DNA of 64,000 nucleotides, taken from assembly GCF_009914755.1 (NCBI RefSeq), contig NC_060928.1. One strand, written 5' to 3'. Below the pieces are notes generated by a model. It was not told the origin of the DNA. It saw only the letters and a program-made list of their open reading frames with translations, and searched no databases. The stretch comes from the human T2T-CHM13v2.0 reference genome, Homo sapiens. Below, piece after piece: positions 26,783-39,605 of this stretch. A program made the translations under genes and the position numbers. Every line of letters begins with the position of its first letter. Positions within the stretch are counted from its first letter, which is position 1.

Positions 26783-26961
26783 GGGAGGTGGTCCTTCTAG
26801 TGAATATGCCTGCAGACAGCCCTGCAGATGAAGGGCAGCACCTGCCTGATGGGAGGACAGCTACCCCCACCAGCACCTTCACCCAGCAGGACATCAATGA
26901 AGGCATCGTATGGTACAGGCACTCAGGAGCCCCAGCCCAGAGCGACTCCTTCCGCTTCGAG
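26783..26961 (+). CDS. FRAS1: FRAS1 coding exon (179 nt, phase 1->0): (G)EVVLLVN...SDSFRFE
   Basis: ttcctag|GG acceptor, GAG|gtaccc donor; FTQQDINEG..YRHSG..DSFRF CSPG signature. Confidence 0.96.
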
Positions 26962-27076
26962 GTACCCTCTGCTTCCTGACTTTTCTGAAGTCTGATGAAT
27001 CCAATAATCCAATCGCTCTTATTTATAATCAACTTGAGTAATTTTCTGCAGTTGACAGGAAATCACATTTGGGGGA

Positions 27077-27437
27077 CGTGTTAGTTCATTTTCATGCTAC
27101 TGATAAAGACATACCCGAGACTGGGTAATTTACACAGAAAAAGAGGTTTAATGGACTCACAGTTCCATGTGGCTGGAGAGGCCTCACAATCACAGTGGAA
27201 AGCGAAAGACATGTCTTACATGGTGGGAGGCAAGAGAGAATGAGAGCCAAGTGAAAAGGGAAACTTCTTATAAACCATAAGATCTTGTGAGACTTACTCA
27301 CTACCATGAGAACAGTATGGGGGAAACTGCCCCCGTGATTGTTGTCTCCCACCGGGTCCCTCCAACACATGGGAATTATGGGAGCTATGATTCAAGACGA
27401 GAATTGGATGGGGACACTGATATGGATTCCATATCAG
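27077..27437 (-). mobile_element. THE1 solo LTR (MaLR)
   Basis: ctgataaagacatacccgagactggg...ccatatca. Confidence 0.92.
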
Positions 27438-27659
27438 TGGAATTCCCTACAAAATATAATTCATAGCATTAGGAGTTTTTTTAATTTGTCAGTTCAGATA
27501 TATGTGTATCTTTACAAGCAGAGTTATCCACAACCAAGATGTTTAGGTTAGATAATGGCCAAAGTGTTCAGAAGAAAAGTCTTTAAAATATAAAAATACT
27601 ATATGGAGAAAAAAAAATCTTACCTTCTAGTTTTGAATGTTCTTGGAACACTTACTATC

Positions 27660-27880
27660 TTGTGATAAGATCATGGGCCTATAGCCAAACTCAACATGTT
27701 TAGGTGTCAGTTCTGCCACTTACTAGCTACACAACTTTGGGCAAATTACTTGAGAAAAACTTCTGTGCTTCATTTTCCTTGTCTGTCAAATAGGATTATT
27801 GTGATGATTTAATGAGTTAATACAGATAGAGTACTTCGAATACTGCATATCAGATAGGTAGCATTATATAAGGGTTTGTT
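27660..27880 (+). mobile_element. MIR SINE
   Basis: ctgccacttactagct...ttgggcaaattactt core. Confidence 0.7.
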
Positions 27881-27961
27881 ATTACCATTTATAAAAATTG
27901 GTCAAATACCAGACCATAAGGAGACCTTCAGTAGATTAAAGGACAAGAAGTATACTGCATA

Positions 27962-28280
27962 GGCTGGGCATAGTGGCTCACACTTGTAATCTCAACACCT
28001 CGGGAGGCCAAGGCAGGCAGATTGCGTCAGTCCAGGAGTTTGAGACCAGCTTGGGCAACATGGTGAAACCCTGTCTCGCAAAAAATACAAAAATTAGCTG
28101 GGCATGGTGGCAGCTAGGCGGGAGGATCACTTGAGCCTGGGAGGTGGAGGATCACTTGAGCCTGGGAGGTGGAGGCTGCACTGAGCCATGATCACGCCAC
28201 TGCACTCTAGCCTGGATGACAGAGCGAGACCCTCTCTCAAAAAAAAAAAAAAAAAGACAAAAAGAAAACAAAAGAAAAAT
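27962..28280 (+). mobile_element. AluJ-like with internal deletion and 25-bp tandem duplication
   Basis: TSD tatactgcata at 27951 and 28281; ggaggatcacttgagcctgggaggt twice. Confidence 0.9.
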
Positions 28281-28329
28281 TATACTGCATATGTTCTCTG
28301 GCTATTATAAATATAATTATAAATTATAA

Positions 28330-28830
28330 ATTAATAATAAAAGGATAAACAAAAATTCAGGCCACTTGGAATATTTTAAATGGTCTCTTAAATAATTACT
28401 AGGAAATTCTTTAAAGAAAGTCAAAACAGCAAACACTTAAGAAATATTGATGAGGAGGAAATAACCTATCAAAACTTAAATCATATGGACAAAATTGTAC
28501 TCAGAAGAAAATTGATGGCCTTAAGCTCTTATTATTGAGCAAGAAAGCATTAAAATACGTGGACAAAATATTTAACTCAAGAAGCCAGAGAACCGCAAGG
28601 GAAACCTAAGGAAAGCAAAAGGAAGGAATTAGTAGAGATAAGCAGAGGAATTGGTTAATTATAAAATGCTAGAAATGATGAACAAATACAAAACCTGATT
28701 CTTTGAAGATCAATAAAATTAGGCAGACCTCTGGCGAGCATGATTTGGAAATAAAGAATCATACAGAAATACAAAAGAATAAGGAATTATGAATAAGAAA
28801 GGGTGTTTAAGCACAGATACCAAGAAGAAT
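28330..28830 (+). mobile_element. Old L1 ORF2 fragment
   Basis: ttctttgaagatcaataaaattaggcagacctctggc ORF2-like, A-rich. Confidence 0.65.
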
Positions 28831-29599
28831 TTGGTAAAGTGTCAGAGAAAATATCTATGTTTATGGGGATCAGCCAAAGCGGTGTCAGGGCCTCTCAAAG
28901 TCTGAGTCTTTTCCTTTGTCTAGGAATCCAGGTGGGGCTGAACTCACCCAGCTCACCTTGTTAAAATGATCATCCATTCTGCTTCTGATGCCTGGCATGT
29001 ACATCTTCATCGCCTGACTAATTTATATTGTGTAAAAGATGTGCTTTTCCAGAGAGCGGGTTGAGATAAATTTGGAAACCATTAAAATGAGATTATCCTG
29101 AGCACACTGAATTTCCAATGAGTGAGCAAACATTGGGTGCCCTTTGCCCAAGTTAACTTTTCATTTTTAGCACCTGGGGATTGCAGCAGTCATCAAAGAA
29201 TGAGTCAGAATGAAGGCAAAGACCTCAATCAAAAGAAGTCACCTCTGCAAACTAGAATCCTCAGATCTGCCTTTGCCTTCGTAGGGTGAGGAAGGAGAAT
29301 GTTATCAATATGGAGCACTTCCCTGGAAGGGGAATCTAAGTAGCTGCTCAAAATAATATTTGATTGCTTTTGTAATTTGGTTACTGAGTAAATAAGGCAA
29401 ATAAAGATTTAAAAATAATAAAAAATACTTTATGATTATTATTATTATTAAAAAGACTACCCTGTCCATTGGAGTTATTTGGCACTTTCATTGAAAACAA
29501 ATTGGCCATATATGGAAAAAAATAAAAAATAAAAATAAATAAATAAAAAATAAAATAACAAAAAATAATGATTTAAAAAAAACTCACTGGATGAAGACA

Positions 29600-30040
29600 T
29601 CCAGTTGAATGAACATTATTACTTACAAAGTGGTTCCCTTTACAGAGTCTTCACACATTTTGCTCAAAATGTGTTTAGAACTCCTGTGTGAAATTGCCTT
29701 CAAAGTGAGATATTCTTTAGAATGTCCTCCATAGTGGCAGTGTATCATCTTTTGGAAGTGGATTAAAAAATATAGCTAAATAGTCAAAAGTCAGACTAAG
29801 GTCTGGTGAGAAAAACAGTGGTGATTATTTTGGGTTAAAGTGGGGAGTAATTATGGAATAATGGGCTCAGAGTTCCTATGTGATTTGTAAACTTTGTCTG
29901 AAGGCATTCCAAAAATGCATTTTGAACACTGACAGCATCTTTGTTGCAAATATGAAACAACTCTCTGGGATTATGTTCTCCTGATGTAAAAGTTTTGGCA
30001 TGTTTATTCTAAAGTCTCATTGTTTTATAGGCATACCTAA
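29600..30040. mobile_element. Possible MARNA-like mariner relic (similar relic about 50230-50600)
   Basis: Degenerate resemblance to recalled consensus only. Confidence 0.35.
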
Positions 30041-30147
30041 TATTTTGATTTGAAATGAGATAGACACTAGAGCTAGGTGCTAACGTAAGTGGTTAGCAAA
30101 TTTTCCCATTCATCATTTTAGTGTCCCTAAAGGATTTCAAACTTTAA

Positions 30148-30556
<409 letters not shown>

Positions 30557-30989
30557 TAATGTTGATGTGCTGTCATGAGCCATCAGTGGCTCCCATCTGT
30601 TACTTTGCATCTAAGATTTGGGACATATGTAATGCCAGTGGGATTAGAAAATAGAGCATGGCATAGTGCAAAGAAAGCATGCACATTCAGAGTCATTTTT
30701 TGGTGTGGGAAGGAGCCCTGGTTTGGGTATATTCAGGTCACTTTGACACAGCCTTAGGAAATGTGGTTCAAAACAGACCAACACATCTCCCATCAGTGTC
30801 TTTACTAGATTGATTCACTTGCTCAGTAATATGACCACATTTCACTACCTATTCAATGTTTGGTTCTTTTTCTTCAAAAGATAGAATATATTCCGCCACC
30901 GCACCCCTCCGCCACCCCTTTTCTAATTTCCTAAAGCTACCAAAGTGAGTCATCTTGGTCAGTGGAATGATCATAAACCTGACTGATCT

Positions 30990-31180
30990 GGTTAAATACT
31001 GCCACTTGTTGGCTTTGTGACTTTGACACATTGCTTAAATTTTCTGACATTCAGTTTCCTCACCTGTAAAAAAGGGGATAATAATATCTACTCTGTGGAT
31101 ACTAAGTAAGAGAACCCTTGAAAAGTAGCTAATGCAGTGCTGAGCCCATAATAGATGATGAGTGAATTATAGTTATTGTT
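30990..31180 (+). mobile_element. MIR SINE
   Basis: tcagtttcctcacctgtaaaaaaggggataataata. Confidence 0.7.
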
Positions 31181-31894
31181 GGTAAGATAATTTACAGTGA
31201 TGCTATATCTCCTTAAAAACGTGTATTTTGAGACTCGATCCCAGGCATCTGATGTGATCAAGATAAAGACAGAGAAGACAGGCTTTCTGTTGGAGTAACT
31301 TTTAAAGACATAGGGAAAGGGCTGCTATCCCTGCCTCTTTTTCTCAGAATTGATAGAACTCAGCCGCCTGCCATATGGAATTAATGCAACTCCACATGTC
31401 ACACATGGCTTAGCAAACAATGGAGAGAAAGAAGGTTTAAGAGGGTGGTCCAGTAACTGATGAGGAGGGAGAAGCTGCATAGAAAAAGCAACATTCTTCA
31501 GGTTTTTGCAGCAGGAAAAAGTTGATTTTGTGACCATTACAGTAATTGTGAATGTTACTAATCTTGCCCTGCAATGATGAGGCTGAGATTTATTACTTAC
31601 CTATCACTTACCTGTGCTGGTTAAAAATGAAAGAAATGGAATACAAATCATATTACATACTCATAATAAGACATTATATAGTTCTCAAAAATTATGTTTT
31701 CTAGCATGTTTCATGATACAGCAAACTATCATAGTATTGTAAGTAAAAAATTATAATATGTAATTGATATGTGTGCATATAAAATAAGTTAAATATCAAC
31801 ATATGAATATTCACTATTTCTAGATAGTGAAATTCTAGATGATTTTTTATTGCTTATTTATGCTTTCCTGCATTTTCAACTTTGCTTAAAATGA

Positions 31895-31954
31895 AATCAG
31901 TAAAAGATCAATATTAAAATATGAATCAGTAAAAGATCAATATTAAAATATGAA
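31895..31954. repeat. Perfect 29-bp tandem duplication
   Basis: aatcagtaaaagatcaatattaaaatatg twice. Confidence 0.92.
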
Positions 31955-32088
31955 GGGCAGAATGAGAGTTGTAACGCAGGAGCATATAGAATTCAAAGAC
32001 AGCTGGCTTAAAAGAGGGAAAAACCCACGTACTAACATGCTCTGCTCAATAGAAGATGAGAGGCTCACCAGGATGACTTTCTTTTCAG

Positions 32089-32205
32089 GTGTCCAGTGCC
32101 TCCAATGCCCAGACCCGCCTGGAGAGCCACATGTTCAACATCGCGATCTTACCACAGACACCTGAAGCACCTAAAGTGTCTCTGGAAGCATCTCTCCATA
32201 TGACT
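32089..32205 (+). CDS. FRAS1: FRAS1 coding exon (117 nt, phase 0->0): VSSASNAQ...ASLHMT
   Basis: ttttcag|GTG acceptor, ACT|gtgagt donor; in frame. Confidence 0.95.
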
Positions 32206-33829
32206 GTGAGTTGGGTGGGAGGCTTGTGGATTCCACTTAGAGGAGGCACACAGCACGCTGATGGGATTTGATAGAGTGTCCTGGTTTTGTATATAGTAAG
32301 TGCCTGGCCCAGATCACAGACTTGGGGGCCAAAAAGCCTAGTGGTCACATTTCTCATTGACTTGAAAAAGGAACTTAAAATTCCCAGAGTGAAAGGAAGG
32401 TTATGCGGAATCCGTATTGACCTCCCATCCATCGCTGATGTCCTTTCTACAGTATTCCAGATGTTCCAGGGGTCCTCCTTGAAAATTTGGAGGAAATTTC
32501 AGGCTTATGTCCATGAAATGAATATTTGGGTATCATTGGTCCCCCAGTTATGGCACCACCTAGCAGAGAAATTATTATTCCATCTTCTAGAAGCCCTATG
32601 AGAAGCTTTCCACTGTAAAAGTTTCCTAGAGAAGGTTCTGTCAATGCTGAATCCAGAAAGATAAATAGCAGTTATCCAAGTGAAAATCTGGGGACACATT
32701 GGGAGGAATGGAGAGGTGATGACAAAGGGCACTGCCACAAGTGAAAAGAGCACATGGAAAGACCCACAGGTGAGAGAGAATAGAACTGTTGCTAAATTGC
32801 AAACAGTTCAACAAGACTGGAGAAATCAGGAAGGCAGCAAGGATGTGTGATGAGGATAAGGAGGTCATCAAGCTATCACAGAAAGCCTCGTATGCTGGTG
32901 GGAAGGAGTGTGGGTCATGGGAAAATGTGAAGCAAGGTGTCAACTAAATTGGTACATGAAGCTTAGTTGAGACAATTAGCAACTCCTCCGTGACCCTCTG
33001 TCTGGGGAGGGGAGAGGGTGAGTGCTGTAATGCCAAAACCCCTCTTCCAGACAGAGCCGCAAGCATATAAGACCTTGTAAATTAATCATCATGGGTCCAC
33101 ATTTTAGTTAGCACCCACACAATTACACTCCAAAGTACTGTATCAGCCTTGAGCCACAACAAAGAGAATAGCTATAGTTTTAGAAATTATGGGTCTGGGT
33201 TATGACAGAGACATAAAGGGGAAAATAGAAAGTTTTTAATGAATAGCTGGTATCGGCATTTCCACCATAAACCGTAATTTAAAGAAATCATAATTCAGCA
33301 GCCCTATAAAGTCTGTAATTCATCATTCTGACTGGAGGAACTTGGATCAGAATTTTCTCTAAACTGTTAAGAAAAATGTGCACACACAGGTCTTGCCAAA
33401 TGCTAATGCAGTGTTATTTTGAGTTTGGAGGAAATAATGGGCCAGGAGCCAGGAAGACAGTGCTGTTTCCTGTGCTGTCACTGTGGACCTCTGAAGAGAC
33501 TTTTCAAGTCACTTAGCCTTTAGGCGCTTAGGTTGCATACTTGCGAATTAGGTCTGTCCAGTTAAAACTTAGGTTAGTTTACTGTTAAATGTGATTAGTC
33601 TACTCGTACGTTACTTAAAATATACAGTTTATATATTTTTTGATACTAATTAGGGCCATTATGATAGGACATACTTGTGATCTGTAATAAAAATGCATTC
33701 TCAATTTAGTCATTTAGTCTCATCTAATAACATAAGTTTTGCAGATATTTGGTAAATATATTGTGAATGCATATGGTAAATAACTATATGGCATATTTAG
33801 TATACTTGTATATGTGATTAAAGGTAGGA

Positions 33830-34130
33830 ATCTACTTCTCCATTCATTCAGTCTCTCATTCATAAACACTTTTGAGCTCCTAATGTATGTTAAGTGCTGT
33901 GGAAGACATTGGAGAGTCAATGACCATAAAACACAGTCTTTATTCTCAAGGAACTTTGAGTTTAAAAGAGGAGACAAGCAAATAAATAAGCAGGGATAAT
34001 ACAATAATAAATGCCATGGCAGAGCAATGATATGGGAGCAAATGGGAGGGCACCAAATCCAGCAGAGCATGAGAGAGGGTCACAGAAGCTTCCTCTGGGG
34101 GTGAACAGAGCTGGGTGAGTGTAAATTATC
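33830..34130. mobile_element. L2 LINE 3' fragment (continues about 34670-35060 and 35750-36070)
   Basis: cattcattca...gagctcctaatgtatgttaagtgctgt L2 tail in reverse. Confidence 0.65.
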
Positions 34131-34137
34131 TAGAGAT

Positions 34138-34660
34138 CAGGGTTCTCAAACTTAATCCTATACTAGAATCACTATAGAGTTGATGAAAACACAGATTGCG
34201 CTCACCCACTTCCTACTCCTTCCCTCTGAGTCCCCAAAGTCCATTGTATCATTCTTATGCCTTTGCATCCTCATAGCTTAGCTCCCACTTATGAGTGAGA
34301 ACATACAATGTTTGGTTTTCCATTCCTGAATTACTTCACTTAGAATAATAGGTGAGGGATAAAAGACTACAAATTGAGTTCAGTGCATACTGCTTTGGTG
34401 ATGGGTGCACCAAAATCTCACGCATCACAACTAAGGAACTTACTCATGTAACCAAATACCATCTGTTCCCCCCAAAAATCTATGGAAATAAAAAATTAAA
34501 AAAATTAAAAATTAAAAAAATAAAACACAGATTGCTGGAACCTACCACAGTGTTTTCTAATTCAGTGGATCTGGTGTAGGGTCAAGAATTTGCATTTCTA
34601 AAGAGTTTCCAGGTAATGCTGTTTGCTGCTTCCCAGATCACCACACTTGAAGAACCATTG
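34138..34660. mobile_element. MER5A MITE interrupted by an L1PB insertion
   Basis: cagggttctcaaactt...agaatttgcatttcta...ccacacttgaagaaccattg. Confidence 0.8.
34200..34521 (+). mobile_element. 5'-truncated, 5'-inverted L1PB insertion
   Basis: TSD aaaacacagattgc (34186-34199, 34522-34535); 34200-34350 antisense and 34351-34521 sense L1PB 3'UTR with A-rich tail. Confidence 0.88.
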
Positions 34661-35074
34661 ATCCAGACTAAACTGGGGGGAATGTATCCCAGTCTTGAGG
34701 AGCAACAGGTGAAAAAAGGTGGAGACATGGGAGAACACGACATATTTGAAGCATTACAGGTTGTTCAGTTGGCTGGAGCATAAAATCTGTTAAGTGAAAA
34801 CGCAGTAAGAAATGAGAGTCAGATCATGGAAGACCTTAAGTATAAGATAAGAATTTCCATTTTGTCCTGAAAGGCTTTTGAGGCAAATAAGGTGTTGAGG
34901 GATTTGTAGCAAAGAAGTGCCATGATCAGATTTTTAATGATACATTTAGGAAGATCATTCTGGCTACAGGGTAGAAAACATCCTAGATGGGGGCCAGTCA
35001 GAAAACAAACAGGCTATTGCAGTCATCTAGAGCAAGAACAATTCGTGGCATGAGCCCATGGTTAAGAGTTCAGG

Positions 35075-35575
35075 AGATCTTGAAGATATTTGCACATGCA
35101 TGTTCATTGTAGCATTATTCACAATAGCCAAGATGTGGAAGCAATCTAAATGTCTATCAGCAGAGAAATGGATAAAGAAAATGTGATACAGACGTACACA
35201 CACAGAGAGAGAGGAATATTATTCAACCTTACAAAAGAAGGAAATCCTGTCACAGGCTACAACATAGATGAATGTTTAAGACATTATGATAAGTAAAATA
35301 AGCCAGTCACAAAGGAACAAAAACTGCATGATTCTGCTTATATAAGATATAAAGTAGAATGTAGTCAAAAGAAGTAGAAAGTAGAATGGTAGTTACCAGG
35401 GGTAGAGTGCGTGATGTGATGAGAGAGGGAGAAAGGGGGAGTTGTTCAATGGATATAGAATTTCAGCTTTGCAAGGTGGGAGAGTTCTAGAGATCCATTG
35501 CACAACTGTATGCATATAGTCAACACTACAGAGCTGTACACTGAAAAAATAGTTATGATGGTTAAAAAAAAAAAG
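35075..35575 (+). mobile_element. L1MA/MB 3' end
   Basis: catgttcattgtagcattattcacaatagccaag...A tail. Confidence 0.85.
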
Positions 35576-37602
35576 AGGGATACATTAAGAGAGACTTAGA
35601 GACACAGTGGCTTCCTAGATATGGGAGGCGGGTGAAACACCCAGTGTCTGAGGATATAGAGGTACCATTCCTCAAGATCAGGAATGTACAAGGACTTTTG
35701 GTGGGAAGCATGACAAGTTGAGTCTGGGATATGCTGGTGAAGGGTGTGCTGGAGCAGAGTGAGTGAATTCACAGATGTGATAAGTGTGTGGGCTGGGGCA
35801 GGTCACGCAGCATTTCATAGGTCATTGTAGGAACTTAGCTTTTCTTCTGATTAAAATGGGAAGACATTGCAGGGTGTTGAGCAGAGGCCTCATGTCCTTG
35901 TGAAAGGATCACACTGGCTGTTGTGCTGAAAGGGAGTGTAGGGGAGGCAAGAGAGCAATTGGGAGGCCACTGGGGTAATCCTGGGGAGAGACTGTGGCCC
36001 TCAGCAGAGTGGTGGCAGTGGGGTGGGAGAAACAGTTGGACTCTGGATATATTCAGAGGTAACATGGCCATTATGAAAAGAATTATTCTGTAATCTTCTT
36101 TTGTTGACAGATATACTATTTTTAAAGTGTCTTTTGCAATGATTTCTATGAAGTTTAATCTCTCATTTCTTACTATGTTTAATTGATAAATATTGAACAT
36201 TCTAAGTAGCTAATATTAAAATTGATTATACTTTGATATATCTCAAACTCAATATTGCTTTCCTCATGGAATCAGTCCTTTTTATATGTAGTATCTATTT
36301 CTATTAGGAGAAAAATAGTATCAATAAATTTCAAAATAGACTGTTATCTTGGCTGGAACATATTTCCCTTCCCACAGTGCCATGTCCACAATAATTCCCT
36401 CTTTTTATCACTTTATTATTTTAAGGACATCTAGATTTTCAGAATATCGCATGGTACTCTGAGAATGTTCAGTTATTATGATAGTTTTGATATTAAAAGG
36501 TAGCAAACAGTACCAAACAAGGTACAGAGCCTATACTTTTTTGTCTGTTAGTTGTACCCACATGTGTACATGTTTATAGGTGTGTACAAACATGTATTGG
36601 AAAGTAACACCTTATATAGGGCATATAGTTTTAATTTGTTGTCCTTACTTGTTTTATATTAGGGTGAGAGACCAGCTGCTATTCGCAATTCTAATTTTCC
36701 TTGCTCATTACATTCCAGACCTGAGCAAGGGCCTGAAATATGACTCTTTACTATAGGGGGATTGTTCTAACCTGCAAATTCTGCCTCTCCCCAGGACAAA
36801 TACGCCTTGGGGACAATTACAAAGCAACTGCAACCTACAATCTTTTCATGGTTAAAGGAAGAACACCACACCCTCCTCTATGAGCATTACTGAGCCCTGC
36901 TTAATCCCTTTCTAAATGAGGAGATTCCATCTGAAAGAAGGAGGGCTTCAAAGAGCAGGAGAGCATGTCACACTCTAACCCACCTTCAGGGGTCAGTTAG
37001 GAAGAGCCCATGATGAGCTGGATGTTTTTGTTCTGTTTTACAACAGCATGCCTGACCCAGGCGAGGGGCCCCAGCTCAGGCTAGTTTCCCTTTTCTCCTC
37101 TCCACACTGTTTTTGCTGCTGTCCCCAACCCACCACCATGCCTAGCAATGGGAGTCTGAAGCTCTCCTTTTTGTTTTTTAAGTGTTGCCACTGTTAGTGA
37201 GTTATGGATGTACACAGGGGAAGGGATAGTAAAAGCTACATTCGCATCAGCCGTCTGATTAACATTGCCTCATTCATTCACTGGGTCCTGAAAGCTGAAA
37301 GAGAAAAAGCAGTATCTAGTTCTTTTGACCAGTAGAATGGAGAAAAAGGGAAATACTGGCTATTGTATGTGCTTTAATAAACAAATACCTCTTAAACCTC
37401 TGAATGCAAATGGTGAGCCTTTTTTGGTGTTTGGGGTGGGTTCACTTTTAGCCCTTTGTTACCAGAAGGCATCACAGTTTCCATTAGCAAAACTGGGGAC
37501 CTGGGGGACAATGCTCTGAAGAACTTCTTGGGGCGGAGACTTCAATATCTCAGCTGAGTCCTTAGAACTTCTAGCCAGATTCAACTTAGCCCATTAAGTC
37601 AG

Positions 37603-37680
37603 AGGAGCAGCAGTGAGCTATGACCACTGCACTCCAGCCTGTGACAGAGCCAGACCCTGTCTCTTAAAGAAAACAAAAAG
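37603..37680 (+). mobile_element. Alu 3' fragment
   Basis: gcagtgagctatgaccactgcactccagcctg...ccctgtctc. Confidence 0.8.
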
Positions 37681-38069
37681 TTAGAGGAGAGACACAATGA
37701 GCCAGCTGTGAGTAGCAAGATAGTAGAATAGCCAGCTGGGATGCCTCATTTGCAAACGTGTTCCACCTAGGAAAAAAGTAATAGCAGAATCCCAACCGCG
37801 TGCACTGGCGTAACCCTGCAGGCAGTTGGGGGAGAGGAGACTAGAGTACAAGAAAACCTGAAAAGGACTCTCTAAACCTAGGAGGGGAGGCTTAGGAAAA
37901 ATCTGCAATGCAAGAGACCAGATCCTTCTTTTGAACTCTCGAAAATTTGACTAAGTGTGACTAATTTAAAAGCCCAGAGCAATTTTTTTTTTCTTAATAA
38001 GGTCTGTTTTTGCCTCTGGCTTTTGTTTTTCATACCATGTGTTCCTCTTCCTTCTTAAACTTTGTTTAG

Positions 38070-38184
38070 GCTAGAGAAGATGGCCTGACTGTTATTCAGC
38101 CTCATTCCCTCTCCTTCATAAACTCTGAGAAGCCAAGTGGAAAGATTGTCTACAACATCACTCTACCTCTGCATCCAAATCAAG
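38070..38184 (+). CDS. FRAS1: FRAS1 coding exon (115 nt, phase 0->1): AREDGLTVIQPHSLSFINSEKPSGKIVYNITLPLHPNQ(G)
   Basis: tttgtttag|GCT acceptor, AAG|gtaaga donor; absent from ORF track but open in the required frame. Confidence 0.95.
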
Positions 38185-38768
38185 GTAAGATGTGCAGTAA
38201 ATGATCTTTTGAGTGATATTATTATCTTCTAGTTTTTTACCAGTCTTAATATCTCTGGAGTTTTGTCTGCTTGTATACATAGAGATATTTGTTGAGGTTT
38301 CAAGGAATAATGATTATTCATATTTCTTGCTCCTGTCTTCTAGTTTAGAACTAATTGAGAGAGAAAAAGACTATGGTCAGAAGGCAATGAATGTGATGGC
38401 TTTGGCACTGACATAGTATAGCATGCTGGATGGAGAATGTACATGCTACTGGGTTGAGCTCCCCTCCCATGTACTGGCAGAACTGGACACATAGCCATTG
38501 TCTCTGTAGGATCAGAGCCTGCCCTAGTAAGGTTATGACAGGAGAAAGGACAAGAATGAGCATATGTTCAGGATAAGGAGTTCTGCCAGGGAGCCCAAAG
38601 AGGGCTGAGCCACACATATTCAGTTCCTTCCCCGATTGGATACATTACTCCTCCTCCTATCTGGGAACATGAGAATGTAGAACTATAGTCAGAGGAGATT
38701 TGGGGCCCTGCCATCAGTCACCAGCCTTTAGATCTCTTGACTTTGGACTTAACTAATAAGCCTATGCC

Positions 38769-39184
38769 TGTGTTAGTCCATTTTCATATTGGTATAAAGA
38801 AATAGCTGAAACTGGGTAATTTATAAAGAAAAGAGGTTTAATTGGCTCATGGTTTCACAGGCTGTACAGGAAGCATGGATGGGGAGGCCTCAGGAAACTT
38901 ACAATCATGGCGGAAGGTGAAGGGGAAGCAGGTACATCTTACATGGCCAGAGCAGGAGGAAAGCGGGTGGGGGAGATGTCACACACTTTTAAATGACCAG
39001 ATTTTGTTTAAAATCTCACTCACTCACTCACTCACTATCACCAGGACAGCACCCAGGGGGATGGTGTTAAACCATTAGAGACTGCACCTGTGATCCAGTC
39101 ACCTCCCACCAGACCCTGCCTCCAACATTGAGGATTACAATTGAACATGAGATTTGGGTGGGGACACAGATCCAAATGGCATCA
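38769..39184 (-). mobile_element. MSTA-like solo LTR (MaLR)
   Basis: tgtgttagtccatttt...ggcctcaggaaacttacaatcatggcggaagg...ggggacacagatccaa. Confidence 0.9.
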
Positions 39185-39605
39185 AGGTCCAGTAGAGGTG
39201 CAGCTGCTCCTCACAGAAAGAAGATCAGGTTCTATTAAGATAATTCTGCTCCCACATCTGGGACTGTTCTCCCAAGACTAACCACTGCCCCAAATGTAAT
39301 CCTGTCACATTATGAAATTCTCAGAGAGAAAAGTCAAAAAATTAAATTCCATTATCCTTTTGACAAAGTCCAAAGAAATTAAAAGTCTAAAAGTCATCCC
39401 TCACCTTTGTAATCTGCTAAGTCATAGCTAACGGTTCTCCCTACATTGCCAGAGTCGAGATGGAGCCCTTTCAAACTAGCAGCCTGGGCTGTCTTCTGGA
39501 GAATGGTTTTTGCCCTCTCAGCCCTGCAGAAGGTGAATTAGTTCAACATCAAGCCTGACATGTGCCCTCCTTTTAAGGAGTGAATAGGACATGAGAAATG
39601 ATCAC

